A stretch of DNA of 64,000 nt, taken from the NCBI GenBank assembly GCA_034670305.1, contig JAXMNT010000012.1, forward strand, positions 64,001 through 128,000, read 5' to 3'. The position numbers and the translations under genes are program-made. The stretch is from Deltaproteobacteria bacterium. Lineage in GTDB: Bacteria; Myxococcota_A; Polyangia; Polyangiales; Houyiibacteriaceae. Positions within the stretch are counted from its first letter, which is position 1. Every line of letters starts with the position of its first letter. The notes beneath the pieces are model-generated. The model made no database searches and had not been told where the DNA came from. It saw only the letters and a program-made list of their open reading frames with translations. This document shows, in pieces, positions 31,715 to 39,465 of the stretch.

Positions 31715-32239
31715 TCAGCGGTCGAAGGCGCGCCAGGTCAACGAGATGCGGGGCTCGGCGTAGCGCTGGCGTTTGATCGCGTGGACCCAGGTCTCTTGCA
31801 CGACGTTCTCCATGTACAGCAGTGAGCCGGGTTGGAGGAGGAACGCGTGGCGTTCTTCGGGGTCGATGCGGCTTCGGTAGGTGAGGTTGCGGGCGTAGCC
31901 GAGCGAGACGATCGCGACGCCGGTGCCGGCGCGCAGCTCCGAGGTGTCGTCGGAGTGAAAACCCATCTTGCCGCGGCCATCGAGGTAGTAGTTCAAGAGG
32001 CAGTTGTTGAACTGGACGCCGAGCCGCTCCTGCAGACGCTCGACCATCGGGACGAGCAGCGGGTGCATCGGACACGCGGGGTAGACCATCTGCGCGTAGT
32101 TGTACGGCACCCCGAACGAGGCGGTGAGGCGCGCGGACATGCTGCGGTCCCAGTCGATGCCATCGGCGATCTTCTGAAACAACGCCTCCGCGTCGGGCAC
32201 GAAGTTCTCTTCGAGGAGCAGCTCGGGCGGTCCGTGCAT
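31715..32239 (-). CDS. AlkB-like 2OG-Fe(II) dioxygenase
   Basis: FNNCLLNYY, HSD iron motif, IVSLG, WVHAI, RISLTWR. Confidence 0.92.
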   Translation of the reverse strand: MHGPPELLLEENFVPDAEALFQKIADGIDWDRSMSARLTASFGVPYNYAQMVYPACPMHPLLVPMVERLQERLGVQFNNCLLNYYLDGRGKMGFHSDDTSELRAGTGVAIVSLGYARNLTYRSRIDPEERHAFLLQPGSLLYMENVVQETWVHAIKRQRYAEPRISLTWRAFDR

Positions 32240-32336
32240 CGCGTGGAGCGCGAGGTTGGAATGACGTGCGTGCGTTGGCAACCTGCGCCGGGCTACACGC
32301 AGACCATCTGCGAGCGGCAGCCTGGTACGCTCCGGT

Positions 32337-33341
32337 GTGCGCATTGGGGTGTACGGCGCGGGGGCGATCGGATGTTACGTCGGCGGGCTGCTTCAGTCCG
32401 GCGGCGCGGACGTCGTATTCGTAGGGCGCGCGCGGACGCGAGACGAAGTGGCCGCACACGGACTGACGCTCGAAGACCTGCAGGCCGCGCCCGCGCGATT
32501 GCAGGCCGACGAGATCCGATACGAGACGGATCCGGAGGCGCTGGCCGACTGCGACGTGGTGCTCGTGTGCGTGAAGAGCGCGCAGACCGAAGCGGTCGCC
32601 GAACAGCTCGCGAAGACGGTGCCAAGCGCGCTCGTGGTCAGTCTGCAGAACGGGGTGCGCAACCCCGAGACGCTGCGGATCCACCTGCCCGACGTGATGG
32701 CTGGCATCGTGGAATTCAACGTGCGCTCGATGGGGGACGGCGTGTTCCGGCGCACGATGAGCGGTCCGATCCTGCTCGAGTCGACGGGGTCTCCGGGCGC
32801 GAACGCGTGGTTCGAAGCGATGGAGCGGAGCGCCATCGAACTCGAGACGAAGACGGACATCGTGCCGAGTCAGTGGACGAAGATGATCGTCAACCTGAAC
32901 AACGCGGTGAGTGCGCTCTCGGGCGCGTCGACGCCGACGCTGCTCACGACCCCTGGGTACCGGCGGGTCATCGCCGACATCATCGACGAGGCCCTGCGGG
33001 TCCTGAAGGAAGCGCGCATCCAACCGGCGCGGCTTCGTGGCGTCCCGATCGGCTGGATGCCAAAGGTGCTGCGCATGCCCACTCGGATCGTTCGACTGGT
33101 CACCCGTGCGCAGATGAAGGTGGACCCAGAGGCGCGCTCGTCGATGTGGGAAGACCTGACCCGGAGGCGGCCCACGGAGATCGATTTTCTGAACGGGGAG
33201 GTGGTGCGCCTCGCGGAACGGCTCGACACCTCCGCGCCGATCAACGGCCGCGTCGTGGCGTTGATCCGCGAGGCGGAACGGGCCGGCAACGGACCTCCGG
33301 ACTTCGACGCACCGACCCTCGAGCGGCTGCTGCGCTCGTAG
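32337..33341 (+). CDS. panE: 2-dehydropantoate 2-reductase (ApbA/PanE family)
   Basis: GAGAIG, VKS, SLQNGV, WTKMIVNLNN, SSMWEDL..TEIDFLNG. Confidence 0.88.
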   Translation: MRIGVYGAGAIGCYVGGLLQSGGADVVFVGRARTRDEVAAHGLTLEDLQAAPARLQADEIRYETDPEALADCDVVLVCVKSAQTEAVAEQLAKTVPSALVVSLQNGVRNPETLRIHLPDVMAGIVEFNVRSMGDGVFRRTMSGPILLESTGSPGANAWFEAMERSAIELETKTDIVPSQWTKMIVNLNNAVSALSGASTPTLLTTPGYRRVIADIIDEALRVLKEARIQPARLRGVPIGWMPKVLRMPTRIVRLVTRAQMKVDPEARSSMWEDLTRRRPTEIDFLNGEVVRLAERLDTSAPINGRVVALIREAERAGNGPPDFDAPTLERLLRS

Positions 33342-33363
33342 CCGCAGCGTGTTCGCGCCGCGT

Positions 33364-34149
33364 TCAGAGGTCGATGGAGAGCGTCAGCGTGCCGAGGTGT
33401 CCGCTCCCATCGGGACGCACGTCGATGAGCGTGTCGGTGTCGTAGCCGCCGTCCATCGGATTGAACGTTTGTCGGTCCGGCCGCTCCGCGTAGGGCGCGC
33501 CGGTGTAGACCATGTTGGTGTAGTCGTCGTCGAAGTACGCCTGGGTGGTCACGAGGGTGCTGCGGTCGAGCACGATCTTGAGGTGGATGTGTGCGGTCCG
33601 CACCGAGTACCAGCCGGGGTAGATGGTGAGGAACTCGCTGATGCCGTTCGCGTCGGTCGGGCGCACACCGCGACAGAAGATCTCCGACTCGTCGGCGACG
33701 AGACCTCCGGGCGGCGGCTCATCGGGATCCGCACCGGGAAACCCTGCGTACACCCCAAGCGCGTCGCACTGCCAGAGATCGACGATCAAACCCGGCAGCG
33801 GATTGCAGTCCGCATCCACCACCCGCACGCCGAAGCGCAAGAGCGCACCGGGTTTGCCTTCGCGGATGTCGAGGCGATCGAGCTCGACCGGGTAGTAGTA
33901 CGGGCCCGATCCTTGGGTGGGCGTGAGGATGCATGCGGCGTCGCCGAAGTCGGCGGGCGTGAGCGAGGTGCCCGCGTCCATCGAAGGTGCATCGGGAAGG
34001 AACGCGTCGGTTGCCAACGTGTCCGAACCAGGCGCATCGGCCAACGAGCCACCATCGGGGGAACCTTCGGTGCCGCCGCACGCGAGCCCCACCGCACCCG
34101 CGCCGATCAAGGTGAGGGTCTCTCGGCGGGTGAGCGTGTCGTCGGCCAT
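33364..34149 (-). CDS. Tat-exported intradiol ring-cleavage dioxygenase-like lipoprotein
   Basis: TRRETL twin-arginine motif plus GLAC lipobox; GPYY, WQCDALGVY, TIYPGWY..RTAHIH. Confidence 0.88.
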   Translation of the reverse strand: MADDTLTRRETLTLIGAGAVGLACGGTEGSPDGGSLADAPGSDTLATDAFLPDAPSMDAGTSLTPADFGDAACILTPTQGSGPYYYPVELDRLDIREGKPGALLRFGVRVVDADCNPLPGLIVDLWQCDALGVYAGFPGADPDEPPPGGLVADESEIFCRGVRPTDANGISEFLTIYPGWYSVRTAHIHLKIVLDRSTLVTTQAYFDDDYTNMVYTGAPYAERPDRQTFNPMDGGYDTDTLIDVRPDGSGHLGTLTLSIDL

Positions 34150-34292
34150 GCGCACATCATGCAGACCCGCGGACGCCGACGCCACGCGGATGGAGAACGT
34201 GCGTTCGTCTGGCAGGCTGCTGAAGAACGCCCGCAGGGCGTTCTCGCAGCCTGCCCCTTGCCCCTGCCCTTGCCTTTGCCCTTGCCCGCGGA

Positions 34293-34364
34293 TCAGCGGT
34301 CAGATCGCTTGATCAGCGCGACGAGCATCGCGACGACCTGCTCAAGGTGGGCGAGAGCCCGTTC
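34293..34364 (-). pseudogene. C-terminal remnant of a four-helix-bundle (23S IVS-like) protein gene
   Basis: Translates to ERALAHLEQVVAMLVALIKRSDR*, followed by GGGCAA-type hexamer repeats. Confidence 0.45.
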
Positions 34365-34504
34365 GATATTGTCTGGTCTCTCGCGGGGTTCCTGCGGGCC
34401 CAGACGCCTTCGGCTTTCTTGGGGCCCTGGGAAACGGCTCTGGAACTGCTCGTCGCTTCGCTCCTACGCGGGCCCAGAGCCTCCCTCGCGAGAGACAATA
34501 TCGA
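34363..34504. repeat. 142-bp palindromic MITE/REP-like element
   Basis: TCGATATTGTCT (34363-34374) pairs with AGACAATATCGA (34493-34504); GTCTCTCGCG pairs with CGCGAGAGAC. Confidence 0.7.
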
Positions 34505-34576
34505 GGCAGACGCAAGACACAGTTCGCCGCCTACCTGGCCGGCGCCGCATACAGCCTCCTACGCGTCGCGCGGCTG
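34499..34576 (+). pseudogene. C-terminal remnant of an IS5-family transposase
   Basis: Translates to YRGRRKTQFAAYLAGAAYSLLRVARL, matching the YRG..AAYNLxR end of IS5-type transposases. Confidence 0.6.
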
Positions 34577-34729
34577 CGCGTAGCACCGACCGATGCCCGG
34601 CGGCTTCGTCCGCTGGGCATCGGGCTCCGATTCGCGGCCTCGCCGTCGCGAAACACACGGCGTCCACGACGCGGGCAAGGGCACGGGCAAGGGCAACGGC
34701 AAGGGAGCAGGTCGCTTTTCGGCAACCTG

Positions 34730-35065
34730 CTAGCGCGTCTCGGGCCGCATCTCGAAGCGGGTGAGCCGACAGCTTCCCCCCGCGCTCACGAGCCAGGCAT
34801 CGGCGCCGACGTCGTCCACCTCCCACGCGCCGATCGTCCCTTCGCCAGGAGGGGCGGCGTGCGGGAACAGCGGGGCCAGGTCGGCTTGGTCGGAGGTCGC
34901 GTTGCCCAGCACGGGCGCTGCGTGACTCGGCGGAGGTGGCGGGCGCTCGAGCAACTGGCGGAGGTGCGGTTCGAGGGCGAGGCCGAGCGCGCTCGCACCG
35001 AGGAAGAAGCCGAAAGCGAGCACACCGAGCCCGCGCAGGAACAATCCGTGGGCCGTGGGCACCAT
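34730..35065 (-). CDS. Small membrane-anchored hypothetical protein
   Basis: 111 aa with an N-terminal TM and Pro-rich linker, downstream of a sigma54-like site. Confidence 0.5.
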   Translation of the reverse strand: MVPTAHGLFLRGLGVLAFGFFLGASALGLALEPHLRQLLERPPPPPSHAAPVLGNATSDQADLAPLFPHAAPPGEGTIGAWEVDDVGADAWLVSAGGSCRLTRFEMRPETR

Positions 35066-35152
35066 GGATGGAGATTGGTCGACCGCCGGGGAAGTGGGAG
35101 GGTTGGGATGGGAGGATGCTTGATTCTTCCCCGGCGGCACACCCACCCATAA

Positions 35153-35168
35153 AGCACGCGACGTGCCA
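35153..35168 (-). promoter_or_regulatory. Putative sigma54 -24/-12 promoter
   Basis: TGGCACGTCGCGTGCT, i.e. GG-N10-GC with TGGCACG. Confidence 0.55.
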
Positions 35169-35264
35169 CTTGGGTGGCGACCATGTCGCACGGCTTTGCC
35201 GAGTTTCGGGGCCGGCGCGTTTCGCCAATCTGTCCGCCCCCCATCAGCGGGGTTGGACAGGCCG

Positions 35265-36434
35265 TCAGGAGGATGGGGAAGACGCGCCCATGGAGGTCGA
35301 CACGTGGGTGTTGCCGTTGCGCGCGTCGAACTTGGCCGCGGTCGCGGCCACCCGCTCTGCGAAGAACGCCTCGAGCGACTTCGGTTCGTAGCGCCCGTCG
35401 GCTCGAAAGATTGGGAGCGTCTCGGGCAAGCGGATCGCCACCTCGCCGGTGAGTCGGCCGAAGAGGTCGCGGGCGGCGCGCTCGAAGACCATCACGCGGT
35501 ACGGAATGCGGTTGCCAACCGCCCAAACGAAGTGTCGCTGGAGCAATGATTGCGCCTGTTCGAGATCGTCGATCGAGAGGAGGTACTGCACGAACTCTGC
35601 GACGGACCCGACGAAGTCACGGTTCGTTTTCACGAGCTCGTACCCGCGCGTGAACATTGACTGCGCCTTGTCCGTGTCGCCGAGCGCATGCACGGAGCGG
35701 ATCAGACTCCCGAGCGTGACGTGCGGCACCTCGGCGCACGACATCGTGCCCTCCAAAAGTGGCCGGGCGATCTCGATGGCGCGTTCGTGTTCTTCGCGGT
35801 CGACGTGGAACTGCATCTGGAAGTTCACCTCGCAGGCTTGGCAGTCCGCGTAGCGATCGCGACGCGCCCACTGCCACTTGCGGTACCACTCCATCGAGAG
35901 CTCTGCGTCGTCGCCCATCTCTTGGGTGAGCCGGGTCCGCTGCATGAACACCGGCCTCAGGCTCAAGTTGTGCCGCTCGTAGCGCGCTTGCATGTCGTCG
36001 AGCGTGTCGTTCATCTGCGCGCGGGTGAGTTGCGGATACCAAGGCACCTGGAGCGTCACCCACTTGTACGCCCAGAGCAGATCGATGGCGGAGAAGAGCG
36101 ACGAACGCGACTCTTGAAACGTCTCTGGATCGGCTTTGCTCTTGGCCGCGCACCACCCGAACGCGACGAGCGCTTTCTCGGGGAAGCCGCCGAAGGTCGC
36201 GGCTTCGACAAGCGCCAGCCGAGCGCCGTACGCGAGCTGCTCTTCCTTCGCTTCGTCGGTCAGCCGGACCGCTTCTTCGGTCTTCGCGATGCGCTCCGGC
36301 CCGTAGTCCAAGACCGCCGCATCCTCGAGCAGCGTGGTGACCTGCTGCTCGACCGCGCTCTTGGGTGGCGGCGCATCGCCTCCGCCACCACCACTGCCGC
36401 CCCAGCCACCGCCCCCGTTGTTCTCCCAGCCCAT
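35265..36434 (-). CDS. TPR-like helical protein with DCxACE and CxEVPH motifs
   Basis: 389 aa helical protein with LLWAYKW, DCQACE and SCAEVPH. TACGCT lies 8 nt upstream. Confidence 0.75.
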   Translation of the reverse strand: MGWENNGGGGWGGSGGGGGDAPPPKSAVEQQVTTLLEDAAVLDYGPERIAKTEEAVRLTDEAKEEQLAYGARLALVEAATFGGFPEKALVAFGWCAAKSKADPETFQESRSSLFSAIDLLWAYKWVTLQVPWYPQLTRAQMNDTLDDMQARYERHNLSLRPVFMQRTRLTQEMGDDAELSMEWYRKWQWARRDRYADCQACEVNFQMQFHVDREEHERAIEIARPLLEGTMSCAEVPHVTLGSLIRSVHALGDTDKAQSMFTRGYELVKTNRDFVGSVAEFVQYLLSIDDLEQAQSLLQRHFVWAVGNRIPYRVMVFERAARDLFGRLTGEVAIRLPETLPIFRADGRYEPKSLEAFFAERVAATAAKFDARNGNTHVSTSMGASSPSS

Positions 36435-36492
36435 GACGCAGGAGCGTAACCACGCGGCTGGCCGGACGCGAGCTAGGAAAGCCGAGTGGCCG

Positions 36493-36936
36493 CTACAGCG
36501 CCGCGTGCAGCTCGATCGCGAAGTCGTCGAGCCGGTTCTGGTACGACACCGGCGTCGTGCCGGGCGGCAACCGGGTGCACGAGGTTGCGTCGAGCCGGCC
36601 GGTGTGCGGGTTCACGCCGAGGCCTGCGTCGCAGGTGCGCAGATCCATCGCGACGCCGATGCGGGTCGAGAGCTCACCGGGCGCGATGGTGACGATGTAG
36701 CGCATCGCCCAGATCGTCCCGTCGGAGTTCTCGCCGGTGCTCTCCCAGGCGGTCTCGAGAATGCCCGAGTGGGTGTCTTTGCGCTCCACTTGCATGCCGA
36801 AGGTCGCGAGCACCTGCTCGACGTGCGCCGCTTGCCCGTCTGCGTTGGAGACATCGAACGCGGCCGGTGTCAGCTGCGACACGCAACCGGTCAGAACCAG
36901 AACAGCCAAACCAAGCGCGTGCGTGGGGAACGTCAT
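36493..36936 (-). CDS. Putative lipoprotein (BamC-like small domain)
   Basis: Lipobox LTGC, DTHSGILETAW motif. Confidence 0.65.
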   Translation of the reverse strand: MTFPTHALGLAVLVLTGCVSQLTPAAFDVSNADGQAAHVEQVLATFGMQVERKDTHSGILETAWESTGENSDGTIWAMRYIVTIAPGELSTRIGVAMDLRTCDAGLGVNPHTGRLDATSCTRLPPGTTPVSYQNRLDDFAIELHAAL

Positions 36937-36981
36937 CCCCTGCGGATACGGCCCGTTCCCAACGCAGTCAACGCAACCCAG

Positions 36982-38493
36982 TCAACGCTCCGAGGGCGCC
37001 GCGACGGACCCGTTGGCGCGAAAGAGGAGGGTCAGATCGGTGGACCAGTCGCCGCCATCAGGGCCGGGCCGGAAGCGCATCGCGGAGAGGATGCGCTCGA
37101 CGCATGGCGCGTCGGCGCCACGAACGATCACGCGGGTCTCACCCGCCATGGTCAACGTGGCATGGACCCGTGTTGCCCCACCCCGCGGCCCGCCGCACGA
37201 CTGCAGCTCCGAGCGCCGCCCGCGCACGGCGCGCATGAACAGCGCAGGATCGTAGTCTCCCCATCCCTCGACGGTCGGTTGTGCAGGAGCGACGCGAGGA
37301 ACAGGTGGGACGGGCAACCCTCCCGTGCGTACCGCCAACCGCTCCGCGTCGTTGGTCGCTGCCTCGAAAGCGATCCGATACCGTTCTCGCCCTGCCACCC
37401 ATGCGAGCGCGTCGGCTACGTCCAGCACGAGTTCGGGGTGTGGCCGTTCATCGACGAACCGTCCAAGTCGACGGGTTTCGGGTCCGCAGCCGTCCGGCTG
37501 CATGTTCGTGTCGGGTGCCCGTGCCATGCGCTGCGTACAACGATGCAGGTCCGTGACCAGGTGCTCCTGAAGCGTGTCCAGGATCTGGGTCCGGCAATCC
37601 GCCCGCTCTGCCGTGGGTGCGCGGGCGCAGTCGGCGAGTCCCTCCCAGGCCACCGCGCGCGCCTTGTCCGCGTCCATGTTGCGACGATGCGCTTCGATCC
37701 ACCGAAGCCAGGTCTCCACCCGGCGCGCGTTGGGCCAGCGCGCATGCAGGGTCTCTGCGACGACAGCAGCCTCGTCGTAGCGCGCGCTGTCCATGAGCCA
37801 GTCGAGCACCTGCCGGGCAATCCGCGCTGCGACCGCTGGGTCGGCAGGGAGCACCGTCAGGTCGGGGCCGGTCCAGTCGGCGTCCGTCACGCCATCCATG
37901 TTCCGGTCGTCTTCGATCGCAAACCGCGCGAACCATTGGATGCCGAGCTCGAGCATGGGCGGGTCCGGGTTGGCCTCGAGCAGCCGCCGCACCGCCAGCA
38001 CCGCTTCGTCGTGCCGGTCCAGGCGGTACAGCACTCGGACCCGGCCCAAGAGCGCCAGGTGTCGCAGTCGTGGGCCGTGTGCGATCCGTTCGTAGAGATG
38101 TGCGGCCGCTTCGAGTGCTTCGATGGAGTGGTCGCCCTCGAGCGCGATCGCGGTCGCGAAGACGACCGGATCGGCGCTGCAGCTCAGCGGTGACAGAGAC
38201 GCGATGACTGGTTCGACGTCGTAACACGCGGCGTCGGGCGTCTCCGGCTGGCGCGATCCGGTCGGGGCGCAATGCTGGCGCAGCGAACGTGCGGGACACG
38301 GATCCTCGGACCCCACGACGACGAACCTCGGGAGCGGCAGGCGCCCAGGGTTCGAGAGTTCGTCGAGCTGAATGACGCGTGGGGTTCGTCGCCGCTGTGC
38401 ACTGGCCATGCTGGCCATGCTGGGCGCGGCGACCAGCAGCGCGATGCACGCGAACCAAACGGTCCTGAGGCAGGCTTGAAGCGGTTGCTGCAC
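36982..38493 (-). CDS. Secreted TPR protein with a C-terminal AgmX/PglI (TonB-C-like) domain
   Basis: Signal peptide, TPR-like helices, C-terminal VRGRRSELQSC..CVERILSAMRFRP. Start uncertain. Confidence 0.6.
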   Translation of the reverse strand: MQQPLQACLRTVWFACIALLVAAPSMASMASAQRRRTPRVIQLDELSNPGRLPLPRFVVVGSEDPCPARSLRQHCAPTGSRQPETPDAACYDVEPVIASLSPLSCSADPVVFATAIALEGDHSIEALEAAAHLYERIAHGPRLRHLALLGRVRVLYRLDRHDEAVLAVRRLLEANPDPPMLELGIQWFARFAIEDDRNMDGVTDADWTGPDLTVLPADPAVAARIARQVLDWLMDSARYDEAAVVAETLHARWPNARRVETWLRWIEAHRRNMDADKARAVAWEGLADCARAPTAERADCRTQILDTLQEHLVTDLHRCTQRMARAPDTNMQPDGCGPETRRLGRFVDERPHPELVLDVADALAWVAGRERYRIAFEAATNDAERLAVRTGGLPVPPVPRVAPAQPTVEGWGDYDPALFMRAVRGRRSELQSCGGPRGGATRVHATLTMAGETRVIVRGADAPCVERILSAMRFRPGPDGGDWSTDLTLLFRANGSVAAPSER

Positions 38494-38645
38494 AGTTGCT
38501 CCAGTGTGTCATACGGGGTGGGTGCACGAGCCCTGCCCTTCGGCGCCAGCGCGCAGCGAAGCTGCCCAAGCGCCGGTGGTGCGCCTCGGCTTCTTCCCCG
38601 GATCGGTGGCCGGATGCGCTCGCGATGTGCGGTAGACTCCCGCGC

Positions 38646-39452
38646 GTGTCGATACCCCGGTGCGCTCGAGTTCTCGCGGTCGCGTGTCTGCTCTTGGCAA
38701 ACACAACTGGTTGCGGCGGCGGTCAGGTCCAGATCACCCAGGCCCCACCGGTCGACCCCGACGGGGACGGGGTCGCGGGCAACGCCGACCAGTGTCCAGA
38801 CACGCCTGAAGACCGCGACAATTTCGAGGACGACGACGGATGTCCAGACGCCGACAACGACGCTGACGGCATGCTCGACATCCACGACCGGTGCCCGCAA
38901 GAAGCCGAAGACCCCGACGGCTTCGTCGACGAGGACGGCTGCCCAGACGTCGACAACGACCGCGATGGCATCCCTGACGTGAACGACCGGTGCCCATGCC
39001 AGGCGGAGACCTACAACGACCTCGAAGACGAGGACGGGTGTGCCGACGGCAGCATGGTGTTGCTCATCGACAACCGGATCACGATCCGCGACCAGGTCTT
39101 CTTCAGGGTCAACCGCGCGTACATTCCCGCGGAGGCAGAAGCGCTCCTCGATGCGCTCGTGGATGTGATGCGCGCCCACCCCGAGGTGCACCACGTCGTC
39201 GTGCAGGGCCACGCCGCCCCGGGCGAACACCGCCCCCAACAACTCGCGCTTGCGCGGGCTGAGGCCGTCCACGCGCGGTTGATCTCGCTCGGTGTCGAAC
39301 CCGCCCGCCTCGGATTCGCTGCGTTCTCGGACGACCAACCCATTCACCCGACGGAACAGGACCGCAACCGGCGGGTGGAGTTCCACGTGGATGCGGCGGA
39401 CGAACCACCACCGAACATTCGGCAGACCGACCCCAAGTTCGATTGTCCGTGA
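38646..39452 (+). CDS. OmpA-family lipoprotein with thrombospondin type-3 repeats
   Basis: DxDGDG..DQCP..EDxDxFEDxDGCPD repeats; OmpA-C motifs QGHA, LALARAEAV, RNRRVEF. TAGACT lies 7 nt before GTG 38646. Confidence 0.88.
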   Translation: MSIPRCARVLAVACLLLANTTGCGGGQVQITQAPPVDPDGDGVAGNADQCPDTPEDRDNFEDDDGCPDADNDADGMLDIHDRCPQEAEDPDGFVDEDGCPDVDNDRDGIPDVNDRCPCQAETYNDLEDEDGCADGSMVLLIDNRITIRDQVFFRVNRAYIPAEAEALLDALVDVMRAHPEVHHVVVQGHAAPGEHRPQQLALARAEAVHARLISLGVEPARLGFAAFSDDQPIHPTEQDRNRRVEFHVDAADEPPPNIRQTDPKFDCP

Positions 39453-39465
39453 CGCCGAACTGCTC

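Larger units (their letters stand above)
34211..34733. mobile_element. Composite IS5-family-like relic
   Basis: Left end GGCAGGCTGCTGAAGAAC and right end CTTTTCGGCAACCTGCTAG form an imperfect IR ending in CTAG. Inside are hexamer arrays, two gene remnants and a 142-bp element with 12-bp perfect IRs. Confidence 0.6.

Noticed and set aside
34293-34364. Diversity-generating retroelement (Avd-like four-helix bundle)
   Set aside because: Only a short stub; no reverse transcriptase or template/variable repeat pair in the window.
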